Shown here in pieces: positions 38,106-51,597 of a stretch of 64,000 nt of DNA. This DNA is from Octopus sinensis (lineage: Eukaryota). Under the pieces are notes generated by a model that did no database searches, was not told where the DNA came from, and saw only the letters and a program-made list of their open reading frames with translations. Position 1 is the first letter of the stretch, and every line of letters begins with the position of its first letter. A program made the translations under genes and the position numbers. Where the stretch lies: contig NC_043001.1 of NCBI RefSeq assembly GCF_006345805.1, positions 88,660,001 through 88,724,000 on the forward strand, in the 5' to 3' direction.

Positions 38106-40899
38106 ACTCAGAGGCAGATAGTTGTTATAGAACTGTTATGAAAATGAAAACTGCATTTGACTGATTATAAGTTGATAGGTTTGAATCCTTGGAATATATA
38201 TGGATGAGTGGAGGTGTATATAGATAGAATAGAAACTGTGGAAATGGATTGAAGTGCAGCTAGCTGGGGCTTACAACTGAGTACCTTACCATTAATAAAT
38301 GTTAATTTACAGATAAATGTATTCTCAAAGCTACAGGTTAGCTACTAACTTATTAGCAAACAACATCTGCTATTCTTAATCTCTTGTTAGAAGATTTGTT
38401 AAAATAATATTTAGTTATCTCATGCAAGTGAGTTATCAGTGGGTTATTATTAACTCTACTAAGTTCAGAAGATTGGTTGTATTCTTGGTAGAATTTGAAG
38501 AAAATACTCATGTACTATATAAAGCATCCATTCCATTTTCATTTAAACTTGTCATGTCACTTATTTACAGCTTGGTGAGTTAGACCAGTGAAAGCTAATC
38601 ATCCTTTTTTTATTATGATTGTAGCTCAAGCTAAAATAACACTCATTAATTTTGCAATGCTTTTACTTTTCACAGATGTGCTCTTAATTTACTATCCTAA
38701 TGCAGACTGAGCCAGGGATAATTAAATGTCTTGTCACTTGACACAACACAGTGCTAAAAACAAGATATGAACCTCTGTCGGTCTGCAGCCAAACTGCTGC
38801 AACCTTGTGATAACAAAATTTCTCTTTTCTGTGTTTTTACTAAGTAATTACTCAACCATATATTGTGTGATTTGGTTTACTTCACTAATATGTTTCAATT
38901 GATAAAAGACAATCAGAGATTTTACTAACTAAAATGTGTTCATAAAATCATAAAGAAAGGCAAATAAGATAGAGGTCATAAATCACTGTACATTTACTAA
39001 TATACAAACCATTTTAGAGAAGTTATTGTAAATCCCAGTTTTCTCTTGCTCAAGGCATGTGTTCAATTTAATGGTGTGTTTCTGCTATTGCCATGCTCTA
39101 ATGTTGTATTTGGTTTCATTAAATTATTCTGCAATAAATTCTCACTGATACCACCTTTTCGTTATTGAAACAATTTTCTATTAATTATGTCATTGAACAT
39201 CAAAAAGTTACTTTTAATGAAGAAACTGGATTGGTGCAAACATAAGATTTACTCATAACCACTCAAGAGTAGGCCTTATATCATTCAAATTTGCTGATGC
39301 TTTTTGTTTGTTTTTCTTTTTACTTTTTGAAAATTTCTCCTTTTATTTTGCTTGAAAAGTATCATCATTACCCATTTTAATGGTGTTTGTATAATACAGG
39401 TGGTGAACATATATGCAAAATAGAGGCCATAATCTGGAGTTTAGATAGTTGGAAGTTGGTTTATTGTGAGAAAATCGGTTCCATTGAGTGAGAGATCACT
39501 GAATGAAGAATTTTACATGGTATTAGGTGTGGTATTTAAAGTCAAGTTGCTGACTATAGTCTTACATTTATAACTAAATCCTTAATTCTACAGATAGTTT
39601 CTTAATCCTAGTGCTTTCCCAATGAAAACTTACTTCTCTACTGCCAGTTCTTGTTTTCACTTTTTTAGGAAGACGGAGATGATGCGTCATATTTTGTTGC
39701 ATATGCATGTTAGATATGTTCTTTGTAGGCCGCTTCTTTAGAAAGAGCAGCAAGCAACCACCTCTAACTCAAATATTCAATGCAGCCAATATGTTCAATA
39801 TGTTTATTTTTAATATGTGATTATTATTCTTCCTCAAGAAAGTGAAATTATTATTATTATTTTTCACTTTTTTGTGTTGATTTTAATAGTGCAGAGTATA
39901 GACTTAGGTCTTATATACCAAAGTCACAATTACTCAAGTTAAAATTGCTTTTTGAGTTTTTGCCACTATTTTCTCTCCATGTAAACATTGGTTGAATAGT
40001 TAATGTTTGTCTTTGTTAAAAACAGTGGTTGACATACAAATAGTCAAATTTACAATCGCATCCCACCTATATCAACTCTTCTAATAGCATGTAGAATGCT
40101 TCATTAGGCCATGAAAAAAAGTCATTCCTTAATAGCCAAGCCTATAGCCTGGGTTTTATTTTCATTGCATTGCTAATGTCCTGCAGGAAGGGATGAACAA
40201 CACAACTATAATTTCTCTCTCATTACTCAAGTTATTCATTGATTATGTATAGTCAAATAGAAAGATATAATTGACATTTGATTTTGTTTCATGTTTATAT
40301 GAAATAAGCTTTCAAGATATTGTTAAGTAACAGATATCTTATCAATTTTCAAGGTTTATTTAAACTAACTGAAATTATAATGATGTAATAACTAGCATTT
40401 TACAGATCTCTGTCTTGTGATACAGTTTGTAGTTATGTAAAAAGAGGTCACACTCTAGTTGTCTGCTCCTTACTGTGCAATGCCCCTATTCTGATCTGAT
40501 TGACTGAACTAAGTATTTGCAGTAAGATATGCAAGACAAGCAAAATAGCATGAAGTGTGTACTCTGCATTAGATCCACCCACTATCTTATTTAGTGATGG
40601 ACCATTTGATAACTATGATTTCTAATTGTGTGTGTGTGTGCATTAGGAGTACAGAAGAGTAATGTTACATATGATGTAATGAGTTCAAATCAGAATAAAA
40701 CATATTGTAAATGTATTTATTCATTCAAAATATATTTACCATCATTATGAATAATGTTTATCCTCCTCAAAACCAGTTTTCTGATTCCTCAAGTTTAAAA
40801 AATCTGGTCTTTTAGAATAAAAAATGTTTGGATTGCTATTTTGACATTGTCTCTGCTTCTGAATGGTTTTCCACTAGTAGAGTGTTCAAGTGATCAGAA

Positions 40900-41400
40900 T
40901 AAGTAAAAATTCAATGGTGCTTGGTTTGGTGAGTAGGAAGAATGACGTAGAGCATCCCTGCCTAATGAATTTCTCTTTTCTTGTGTTATCTTGTTGAACA
41001 CGCTGCTTAATTTTTGAATGACAGCTCAGGAGATAGATACCCATTTCCCTTCTCTGCTCACTTTTCCAATTTGCTTGAAATGATTTTCCACAGTGGACCA
41101 AGGTTTATTCTCCAGGATAAGTCCCCAATATTTTGGCATGGATCCTCCTCAGTTGCTGTTTTTACTGCATCATTATCAAAAACATTTGGTCTTCCTGATT
41201 AGTACCCATCCATAAGAACAAAATCACTTCTTTTGAATTTGTTAAACCACCATTGGTGTTTCCAAACACTTGCACCATCAGGATATACAGTTCATATGCT
41301 TTCCTTTACACATGTTGCATTGTTGTCCTTATGAAATTTGTAAAACATACAATACCAAATAAGCACCTCACTAAAGTTCTTGTTTATGGGCTATCAGACA
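40900..41400 (-). mobile_element. Decayed mariner transposase N-terminal fragment
   Basis: CMFYKFHKDNNAT...WWFNKFKRSDF...GRPNVFDNDAVK...STVENHFKQIGKVSREGKWV across frameshifts. Confidence 0.75.
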
Positions 41401-41689
41401 GAGCATATTCAGACACAACACCTGTCTTTGTTAATATTTAGTCATTAACTCCATGCTGATCAGTTGATTGCAAGGACACCTTCCATTGGCTTGTAAACAA
41501 ATTTGTGTTACATCAGACTGTCAGCTTCTTAGTACCCTTAATATATAAGTGTCTGTGTATACAAATATATATGTGTGTGAGTGTGTAAGTATAATATCAC
41601 TATTGAGGAGAGCATTTAGATTCTCTTCTACAAATGCAACACTTGTTAAAGAAATCCACAGAATAAAACAAACTAATTAATAGATAGGT

Positions 41690-42010
41690 AGACTAAGCTT
41701 CTGATGAATATAAATGGAAATACAATGTAACAAATAGAGTAGACAGTGCTACTATGAAAAATACACATATTATACACAAGTGTATAGTATGAATTAGATG
41801 CATAACAGATACAAAAAGGATGACCACATAATCAAAAATCTCATAAAGGAAAACACAAATAAATATATTACATTCAACCATGAGTTGACATGAGAAATAT
41901 ATAAAAACCAACATCCTCTACATGAATTTGATAGAGGGAAACTGTAAGGGAATTGTGTTGTGTGTGTCAGTATTCTTGGATGGTGATATCCACAGCCTCG
42001 CTTGAACAAA
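41690..42010 (+). mobile_element. Highly degenerate mariner-like remnant
   Basis: DDHIIKNLIKEN...HELT*EI resembles the mariner HTH-adjacent DDDQIKTLIENN region; weak. Confidence 0.3.
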
Positions 42011-43184
42011 ATGCTAAATGATGTTTACATTCTTTGTTGACATTATGACCAAATTCCCTGTACTTTCCAAGATTTTCTGACGTTAAACAGAAATCATTAT
42101 TTGAAAAGCAGTTAACAGTTGGTGAGAGAAAGAGCATCCTGCCACAAATATCATGTCACAAATATCCCCATCCAACCCATGCTAGCATGGAGTCACAGAC
42201 AACTGTTAAAAGGGTATTTATTTACATATATATACGTTACTCACACAAACACAATACATCTCTCTTTCTCTCTCACTCACTCGCTCTCACACACACACAC
42301 ACACACACACACCTTGATCAAGCGATTCCTATATCCCCTTGTTGATCAATGGTTAGTGAGTGAATTTGGTAAACAGAAACTGTGTGTTTATTTGTACATA
42401 GATATAGATTTATGTTTGTGTATATATTTCTCACTTATTGTACTTCCCTTTTACCACAACAGATCTCACAATAGAGATAATACATTCCCTCTTATGTTTC
42501 TTTCTTTACACTCTTCTTTACTTCACCATGCCACATTCCAGAATTATGATTTTGTTCATTACCCAATCTTCCATGTGAACATTCTATTTTTCTTGTTGTT
42601 TATTCTGTTTCCTATATATTTCCACTTCTCTCCATGCCATCACTATTATCCTTCATATCTCCTATTACTTCCTACAACATCCATGTACTCTATCATATTT
42701 TTTTATAGTTATGGCTTAAGTTTTATTTATTGCCAGGCTCTTCACTGATTGTCTTTCCTTTGTGTCAATATGTCATTTACTCATTCATAACCATTATTTA
42801 AAATATTACAAGGATAGTGGATAATGGAATCAGTAAAGCAACAGATAAAAGGTCTTTTAGTATTTAATTTATGTATGTACTACCTTCACTTGAATTATAC
42901 AGCCATACCCCCACAGAAATGTGTGCATATGTTGGACTTTTTTGTTATTTCTTATTAAATTGAAAATGCCATGGATGGCAAAATTGGTATTTAGTTACAT
43001 CCATTTACATTCTAAGGTCAAAACTTATGAAGGCAACTTTACCTTACATCCTTCAAGAGTTGATAAAATTAGGGTCAGTCAAGGACTGATGTCAGTTTAG
43101 GCAACTCTTCTCTCTCCTTCTTCTTGACTAATTTGTTTTGTGCCTGTTAGAAATTATCATTATTATGATTGATAATAATAATAA

Positions 43185-43390
43185 TGGTTTCAAACTTTGG
43201 CACAAGATCTGCATTTTCAGGGGAGGGTTAAGTCGATTATGTTGACCCCAGTGCTCAGCTGATACTTATTTTATTGACCCTGAAAAGATGAAAGGCAAAG
43301 CCAACCTTGATGGAATTTGAACTCAGGATCTAAGGATGGCTGAAATGCTGCTAAGCATTTTGTCCAATATGCTAACAATTCTGCCAAATA
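43185..43390 (-). mobile_element. SINE family 1 copy; a more degenerate + copy lies at ~42960-43155
   Basis: gaccccagtgctcagctgatacttattttattgaccctgaaaagatgaaaggcaaag...aatttgaactcag. Confidence 0.8.
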
Positions 43391-44601
43391 ATAATAATAA
43401 TTTAGCCACAAGGTCAGCAATTTTGAGGGGAGAAGGTTTAGATGCTTTATTTTATTGACCTTGAAAAGAGCATTCATAAAGCTGAATGGCTAAATTGGTA
43501 AACCACCAAATTTTCTTATTTAAGCTCTTCAGTTCCAGTTTATGATACTGAAGCAACAAATGGTATGACCACCCCACAGTAAATGTATTTTAATTTTTTC
43601 ATCTTGGAGAGAGCTTTCATACAAAGCTGTATGTTGAGTACCACTCTTCACTTCCAATTTATAAGATTGAAGCTACAGCATGTACATCTATTATCTTTGG
43701 TATTATATTTCTATTGAAATATACTGTCTTTCTTTCAGTAAATTTTGAAAATAATGATGGGTTTAGTAAAATAACATTATTGTTATTGAGCTAGTGTTTT
43801 AAACATAAATCAACATTAAATTTTGATGGAAGGTTTTAATTTAGATCACTTTAAAGCAAGAAGTTTGTATTGTAGAACAAGGGGCATTTTCAGACTGGTT
43901 GATATCAAGCAGGTTAAAGAGTTTGCTTTGAAATACTAATCTAGTTCTTGTATTGTACTTTTCTCTATCATTTTTGTATTGTAATTTTAGCAGTTTCATT
44001 CTATGCTGCTTTCCTTTTAATTCTCAAAATTAACTGTTTGAAACTTGATTAAATGTTCTCAGTTTCAATTAATATATATCTTCAGTTTCTCTAACTGGGT
44101 GAAGTTTCTTGTAAATAGTTTTAAATCATCTACATAGAAGACTTACAGTTCATCTATATTATTTGTAATAATTTGTGGTTTGTGAATTTAGAGCTAGACA
44201 TGAAGATCAGTGTGAAAGAAAAAGCACTTTCAAAACTTCCACCTCTTATTGAGATTGATCTAGTTTTTAAGGGAATTTTGTTCTTATCTTTTCTTTATCA
44301 TGCAACTTATTGGAGGTTTTCCATGTTTACACTATATCATCATCATTTAACATCTATGATCCATAGCCTTTTCCAGGACTTTGAAATGCTGCCAAATGTT
44401 TTTCAGTTCAATACATGCTCTGGTTAGAATTTTTTTTTCTGTTGTCTTCAAAAATTACTCAATTCATCAATTACTATTCTATTCATCTACATCCATACAT
44501 TCCTTAATGTACTTGTTTTCCTAAAGAATAACAAACCACTTAAAAACTGTAGTTGTCAGGACTTTATATAAAATCAGTTAGCATTCTTAAGTTATTTTGT
44601 A

Positions 44602-45394
44602 TCATTATCATCATTATTATTATTTATTTAGCAGTCTTATTTTTTATTGTGTGCTTTCACTGTACTACTGAGGGAAGCTCTGTGTGCCTTGGGTATGTGC
44701 TGTGGTTTGTGTGATGCCTTGCAGTACTATTTTCTGTATCTTTTATGTATTTGTCTGTATGCTTTTTTTCCTTTTTTATCATACTTAAAGCACCTATATT
44801 ATAGGGATTGTTTCTGTTTCCAGACTCCATATTTAGATTATCTCTATTTCCAGATCTTTGTATTTCAAGAGTTTCTCATTTCTTTTAGAGATACCGTGTT
44901 GTCTGTTGGGACAGTCCTTGACAACAATATCTTGTCAGTTAGCCTTGATCTCCATATGTGTGTATTGACATATCCCAGGCTATAGTTGCATTGTCATTTT
45001 CTGAGATCTTTTCTTGGGTATGCCTATACCATTTTTTCTTTTTTTTTTTCTGTTGACATTTCATAGTGTTGGCATGACTTTGAGTCATGTCAGTAAATAT
45101 ATTCCTTCTTGTTCAAGACTGAGCTGCCAGAAATGATATGATTAACTGTTTGTTCCCCATCACCACATGTTCTACAGTTACTTATTATATTCTGCTTCAT
45201 TATCTGGTTTTGGTAGTTTCTGGTAAGGAGGCTTTGATCTTATGCCACAATTAAGAAACCTTCAGTCTCTACTTTGAGTTGTGAGCTTCTCAGCCAGTGT
45301 GGGGATTTAATATTGTCTATTTCTATTTGCCATGTAAGGGTTTTCTACCCATTGTTTTATTGTGTTATTTTGTAGTTCCAGTTTCAGCTTAGAC
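44602..45394 (-). mobile_element. R4/Dong-clade non-LTR retrotransposon 3' fragment (zinc knuckle plus restriction-like endonuclease)
   Basis: WLRSSQLKVETEGFLIVA*DQSLLTRNYQNQIMKQNIISNCRTCGDGEQTVNHIISG...EYIY*HD, then IAWDMSIHT, DIVVKD, KYKDLEIEI and IGAL. (TAA)-rich tail at 44602-44630; (TAT)n at the other end. Confidence 0.85.

Positions 45395-45460
<66 letters not shown>
45395..45460. repeat. Perfect (TAT)22 microsatellite
   Basis: Directly visible; abuts the R4/Dong fragment. Confidence 0.97.
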
Positions 45461-45463
<3 letters not shown>

Positions 45464-45882
45464 ATAGAATTTAACCATTTTAATTTAATTTCTATATTTT
45501 ACAATCAGGCTGTTATGCAAAAATACCCTGAATTTTGTTCTTTTATTTATTGTAGATGTAAAAATCCTTTCTCGGGAATTTGATGAAGTTGATAAAATTT
45601 ATCAGAATACATTTGAGTTATAGATTTTATTGTTCATGGAAGAATGAATGATCTTCTAAGATGGCTCTAGCTAGATTTGTGCTCAAAAATAGTACAATAA
45701 TATTATTAATAATGATTTCTATTGTAAGCACAAAGGTATAATTTTTGTTAGAGGATACAATTAATAACTGGTACATGTTTTATCAATCCTTGGAAGACTG
45801 AAAAGCAAAGCTGATTTCAACTCAGAGTTGTACAAATGAATTCTGTCTTGCTCTACCAATTCAGTCACCTTTTGACTGCCTT

Positions 45883-45913
<31 letters not shown>

Positions 45914-45934
45914 AGACTTGATATATAATATATT

Positions 45935-46125
45935 CAGTATTGGAATTGAGACTCACATTGTCAGCCTGCAGAAAAGTGCACTCCTATATTCCGCAAGAAT
46001 CTTTAAAAAGATTCTTGACATCTGAGGAGACTTGTTGTCACCAAACCTTAAGAGAACATCCCTGCTAGATAATATAGCTTGTAATAGTTCTAATAATAGC
46101 TTTTAGAATAATGATGATGATGATG
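45935..46125 (+). mobile_element. Short R4/Dong-like 3' end
   Basis: IETHIVSLQKSALLYSARIFKKILDI* resembles the R4 C-terminus; preceded by (TAA)n and followed by a (TAA/TGA)n tail. Confidence 0.6.
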
Positions 46126-46680
46126 GTACCAATGATAATTTCAATAATTTTGAGATTCCAAAAGAAATTGAAATATTTAGTGATCAGAAGTGGATAAGAA
46201 AACTAAAGAGATAGTGCAAAGAATTCATACAGAATGCCTTGCATTTTCTTTGTTATCACTTGCAGTGAGTTAGAATTTCAACCTTTCTCTTATATTGCAT
46301 TTGAAATGTGTGTTATTTTTACCTGAAATCAATGTGTGCTATAATGATTTACTATGTATATTATGTATGAGTTCTATCTGTTGTCTTATGTTGCCTTATT
46401 CCACCAATATCTGTAGCTTAGTTTAAAATACACTAGCTTGAAGACACGCAGCTTTTAATGTGTCCCTATCATTAAGCACCTCCACAAAATTACCATTTAA
46501 AATTATTACAGTTTGGAATTCCATTTTCCTATAGTTGGGAATTCCTAATTTTAATGTTTTTTCTCCCCTTTTTTTTTCCTTTTCTTGACTTTGCTCGCTT
46601 TTCCTTTCTGTCTTCATCTATGTTATTTTCTACTATTACTACTACTACTCTTCTTCCCACCACATTTTTCCATGGGTTAG

Positions 46681-46758
46681 TTTCGTTTTCCAAGACGAAC
46701 TCTCGCTGTTCCACAGAGCAGGACCTTCTGAGCAGACAATGCTGGTTAGGAACATCAG
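46681..46758 (+). CDS. CaMKII: Candidate CaMKII post-core cassette exon (V)SFSKTNSRCSTEQDLLSRQCWLGTS
   Basis: Pyrimidine-rich acceptor ...catttttccatgggttag|T and an alternative in-frame acceptor ctgttccacag|A at 46717. Donor CAG|gtaggt. 78 or 42 bp, open in phase 1, retained CpGs. Confidence 0.52.
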
Positions 46759-47364
46759 GTAGGTAAATTCTGTGAACATATATGCATGTATGTGTGTGTG
46801 TATCCATATATATGTATGTGCATATATTTATATGTACATATATATATGTGTGTGTGTATATAGATATATATACACACACATGCACACATGTATATATAGA
46901 GAGAAACATAGATATTTATACAGACATACTCATGCACACTAACCAGTGCATTATGTGCATGTGTATATCTCTGTAAATATTTATACAAACTTACTAATAG
47001 TACTGCTGCTGCTGTTGTTGCTGCTGCTGCTGTTTTGCTACCATTATTATGATCTTGGTTCAAGTTTGACATGGTAGAATTGAGTAGTTTGAAAAGAAAC
47101 TGCAAGCCTTGGTTCTCAATCTAGATTCTTTTGCTGATTGTTCTGTCACATTACTAACAATATATATGATGTCAACATACTTATTCATCCTTTCTTACAT
47201 ATAGTTAGCTGGTATTAAACAGGGTTTGGAACAACATATTTTTCTCAGGTTGTGCCAACAATCTTCCAGAGTAGAAATTTGTTTTGTTTTTTTTTTAAAT
47301 TGTGGCTTTTAAGGCTGAATATAGATGTAGATGCAAATGAGATATTTGAAAAATAATCAAAAGT

Positions 47365-47404
47365 GAATGAAAGATACCCACCAGATATCTACTTTTGGGG
47401 TACA

Positions 47405-47445
<41 letters not shown>

Positions 47446-47485
47446 GAATGAAAATACCCCAAAAGTCAATATCTGGTAGGTGTAT
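47365..47485. repeat. Two inverted copies of a ~45-50 bp MITE-like unit separated by (AT)n
   Basis: 47365-47409 gaatgaaagatacccaccagatatctacttttggggtacattcat versus 47444-47485 atgaatgaaaataccccaaaagtcaatatctggtaggtgtat. Confidence 0.75.
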
Positions 47486-47492
47486 GTATATA

Positions 47493-47524
<32 letters not shown>

Positions 47525-50500
47525 GCACAACTGAATGAGCTACTAATAGTTTCATGTATATTTAAATTGATATTTATATTTCCTTGAATGGAGTACTTTT
47601 TTTAGTTGATTCTACCTCTATTGGATCTTTAAACTATATATATATATATATTTCTATAAATAAGGATAAGATCATTATTTAAAATACCGATTATATCAGG
47701 TAGCTAGCATGGGAATAAAAACCTCAGAGGTAATAATTATTATTAAAATCATAATTAAGAGATAAAGAAGTTTAGTATTTACACTTAGTTTAAAGGAATA
47801 TAAACACATATGTATTTCTTTGATCTACCACAACAGTTTACCTGAATGTTAAATATTTTTTTATTCTAGTAGAGAAAAAAACTAATATCTCAGTACTTTA
47901 TCCTGCCATCCATATTTTGATTGAATAAAGTAGTACAGTGAGTGTTTTATAAAGTCTGGGTGTTGCTCTAGCATTTGTGTTCTGGCCCTTATATCAAGCA
48001 AATAACTTCTATAGCAGACATCCCTGAGCCCTTCTTAGTGTTTAAGATATACAGTAGAACAGCAGATCACAATATTACTCCACTATCATTATTCACACAA
48101 ATTTATTGCAGAACCAATTCCTATAAGTGTATGGAATATAGAAAAAGGCATTTGTCAGGTGAATTTCATGTATGAATAAAACTTACTGCACTCTACTTTC
48201 CTATATTGAGTGCTTTTTTGAAACTTAAAAATGTACACACATTTGTATAGCTAGTTATATAGATAGATAGACAGATAGAGAGACAGACAGACAGACACAC
48301 ACACATACACATACATGTATGCATTGTTGTAGCTTATTAGTTCATGCTTTTATTGGTTGTCTATAGTCACGCATCATATAAATGTATCTGCCATTCATCT
48401 TCCTTCTGGCAGTATAAAAATAAAGTGTTGAAGTAGCCAACTAATGTACAGCTGTTGTTTGGTCTTGATCTTAATCAGTAAGGATATAGATAATGCTGTT
48501 GATCATATTTTGTTAGTTATGTGACAGCTATTTTTTTTTCCTTTCTCCAACTATGTGGCATGATTTGATGTTCCTTAGATTTCCCTAACCAAAGTTTGGC
48601 TTGTACAAAACATTATGAAAAAACTTCTCAACTTCACTTTAACTTCCAGTAAGTGGATATCAAATTAGAATTCTTTGAAATATAAGTAAAACCTTTGGAG
48701 TTTACTGAGAAAAAATATTTCTTCATTCATTTGATGGAAAACAAAAGAATCTGTTGCAGATTCTAGAAAGTTACTCAGTGACAGAAATTATGATGAAGTT
48801 TGGTTGTAGAGGAAGAATAGGAGGCTAGTCCTGAGATAACATCAAATTTATATTTTGTGTGCTGTTTGATTTTGTAGCAGAACACAATACCACATGCAGA
48901 AAAATAGCATTTATGCTCTTGGCATTAATAAAATCCTTTTTGATATGTTCTCAGAATATTGCGATTGAAAGAAGATGCAGTGTATGATAGAACCTTTATA
49001 GGTTGGATTGAAGGGTTTATGTTAGATATTAGTTACAATTTTGATAGAAGACAGATTGTTGCCTATTGTTAAGTCAGAGGTTAGTAAAAGTCTCAGACCA
49101 TATTACATGAAGCCCGAGGAAAGAGAGAGAGAATAAGGAAGAAGACTGACACACATCTTTACTTTTCCAATGTGTAAAGGATACAAGAGGCCACTTCTAC
49201 AGTATTTTTGCTTGCAATCTAGCTTCATAGAATTGATAAACAAACAAGTTGTATGTGCTTTCAATACTTTCACATTTATTACTGCAACAAAGAAGCTGGC
49301 ACCTATCTACATAACTGCTAAAACTGTCACATTTTGACAGCAAAGGCTGGATAATTAAGAAATATATCCAAAAACAATAACTTCTAGACACTGAAAATAT
49401 TATGGCTAGGAAAACACGCACACATACAGATATAATAATTCAAATGATGTGTTCTACATGAATAATAATAATTATATCCAATATCTACAGTTGCAGAGAT
49501 ATAATTTTATACTAGGAGTAGATATAAATAGTTGAATGTACCCTTTGACATTACTGGTAGTGAAATATGTGAGGAAAAGCAGAGAGGTCAAGGCTGTCAC
49601 TAATGGTGAGGGATTATAGTTATATTTGGCAAAAGTTATTTTCAGTCATATGTATCACTGCTGCTTATATTTTTCATCAAAAACTTATCAAATCCATTGT
49701 TGAAACATTGAGACAACGGCAGAGCTTCTACGTAGTCAAAGAATCCTTCAGAAAAGCCTCTAATTGATCTCTTGATCTGCTAGAAATAACAGTAAAATCT
49801 CTCAAATCACACCCTACTGGCTTGGGAAAAAAATGAACACAGAAAATATAATCTTAAATACTTTGACTGAAAAAGGTATGATGATGATGATCATGGCTAC
49901 AACATTCTTAATCATAGGTTCACTTAAATCAAGGCTCATCTGTGGCTAAACAACTAAACCAGCATCTGAACCAGTTCTACATAGCATTTTCACTTGTCAT
50001 AAAATTTGCAGATTTAAGTATTTGAACTCATAGCTGTCTTAAAACCTTGTATAGATTTCATGTTTTCTCGAGATATTTAAAGGTGGCTGAATAATAGACT
50101 GACTGAAAACTAATGGTGAAAACACAGAAATTATAAAAATGGGAGTGAATCCAGAAATTTCAGTTTTTCTTAACAATAAGTCCCCTAAATACACAGCTTA
50201 ATTTAACATCACCTCCTGGTTTTTGGTGGGGCTTTTACTGAAGTTCATTCTGTGGCAAACAATCAGACTAAGTTCAGTTCTCTCCCTACCAACATTTTCC
50301 TCTGCAGCTGTTTAGGCTGAGGTTCAGGGCTTTAGTCTCACCAGTTTAGGAATGTTGCCTGTAGATCCTGCCTTCTTCCATTGACTAAATTTATCCAAAA
50401 TTATTAGTAATAATAATTAATAAAGGTATATATAACTCATTCCAATCAAATTCTCTAATCTAAAATTTAACAAATCTCTCAAAAAATGTTTTGTACTAGT

Positions 50501-50958
50501 TTGTTTCTCATTAGAAACAGTAGTGATTGCTTCAGACTTGGTTTCTTTGTGGTTTTATTTTTTTTTTATTTCTTATTTTATTTTTTTATTTTCCATATCA
50601 TAATTAGTTTGCTGGATAGTATTTCTGTCTTGGAGATTTCATTTCACATCTTTCTTTTAACATTCTAGCTGGAATGGCCCCTTCACCATCATTTTCACTG
50701 CCAACATGTCTACAGACTGCCTAGTACTATAGTGTTCAACAATTTCTACATCTTGTGCTCAATGCAAATTCACTTTCACTTATTTTGCTGATTGTCCTAA
50801 ATGACTCTTTTTCTCATGATAGTTACCATTATGAGATGAAGATCACATTAGTGTCATAGTATTTCTTATAAAACAGTGCTGTTGAACATGAAGACACAGT
50901 TGTCTATATGTGTGTGTGTGTACATATATGTGTATATACATATATGTACACACACATA

Positions 50959-51190
50959 GGGCAGCGAGCTGGCAGAAAACATTAGCACGCCGGGTGAAAT
51001 GCGTATCTGTATTTTGTCTATCGTTACGTTTCGAGTTCAAATTCCGTCGAGGTCGACTTTGCCTTTCACCCTTTTGGGGTCGATAAATTAAGTACCAGTT
51101 ACGCACTGGGGTCGATATAACCGACTTAATCCCTTTGTCTGTCCTTGTTTGTCCTCTCTGTGTTTAGCCCCTTGTGGGTAGTAAAGAAAT
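50959..51190 (+). mobile_element. tRNA-derived SINE family 1 (GGCRGYGAGCTGGCAGAA head), young copy
   Basis: A box TGGCAGAA, B box GAGTTCAAATTC, body gaggtcgactttgcctttca...ggggtcgataaattaagtaccag; CpG-rich. Confidence 0.9.
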
Positions 51191-51390
51191 ATATATGTGT
51201 ATATACATATATATGTAGTTTTTTTTTTTAAACTGATCCTGAGAATTTACCTCATGACTCTTGAGAAAAGGTAGTGAAGAGCGATCTCAGTAATTTATGG
51301 GAAAACAAAAGCCTTACACGAGTGAACACACATCCTCAAACCCTCATCAGTTGACTATCAAATAGTAGTTGTAACACCTTTCTATTTGTA

Positions 51391-51423
<33 letters not shown>

Positions 51424-51597
51424 CATCATCATCATCATCATCGTTTAACGTCCGCTTTCCATGCTAGCATGGGTTGGGCGGTTCAACTGGGGTCTGGCAA
51501 GCCCGAAGGCTGCACCAGGCCAGTCAGATCTGGCAGTGTTTCTACAGCTGGATGCCCTTCCTAACGCCAGCCACTCCGAGAGTGTAGTGGGTGATTT

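Noticed and set aside
41700-41735. CTGATGA...GAAA hammerhead-like core (CTGATGA motifs at ~9580, ~27253, ~35130 and ~51345 also checked)
   Set aside because: No stem II closing pair and no correct stem III/UH cleavage site in any of them.
45362-45583. Poly-Tyr ORF
   Set aside because: (TAT)22 microsatellite.
50300-50380. Strong acceptor ttttcctctgcag at ~50308
   Set aside because: Stops within 14 codons in all three phases and no suitable donor.
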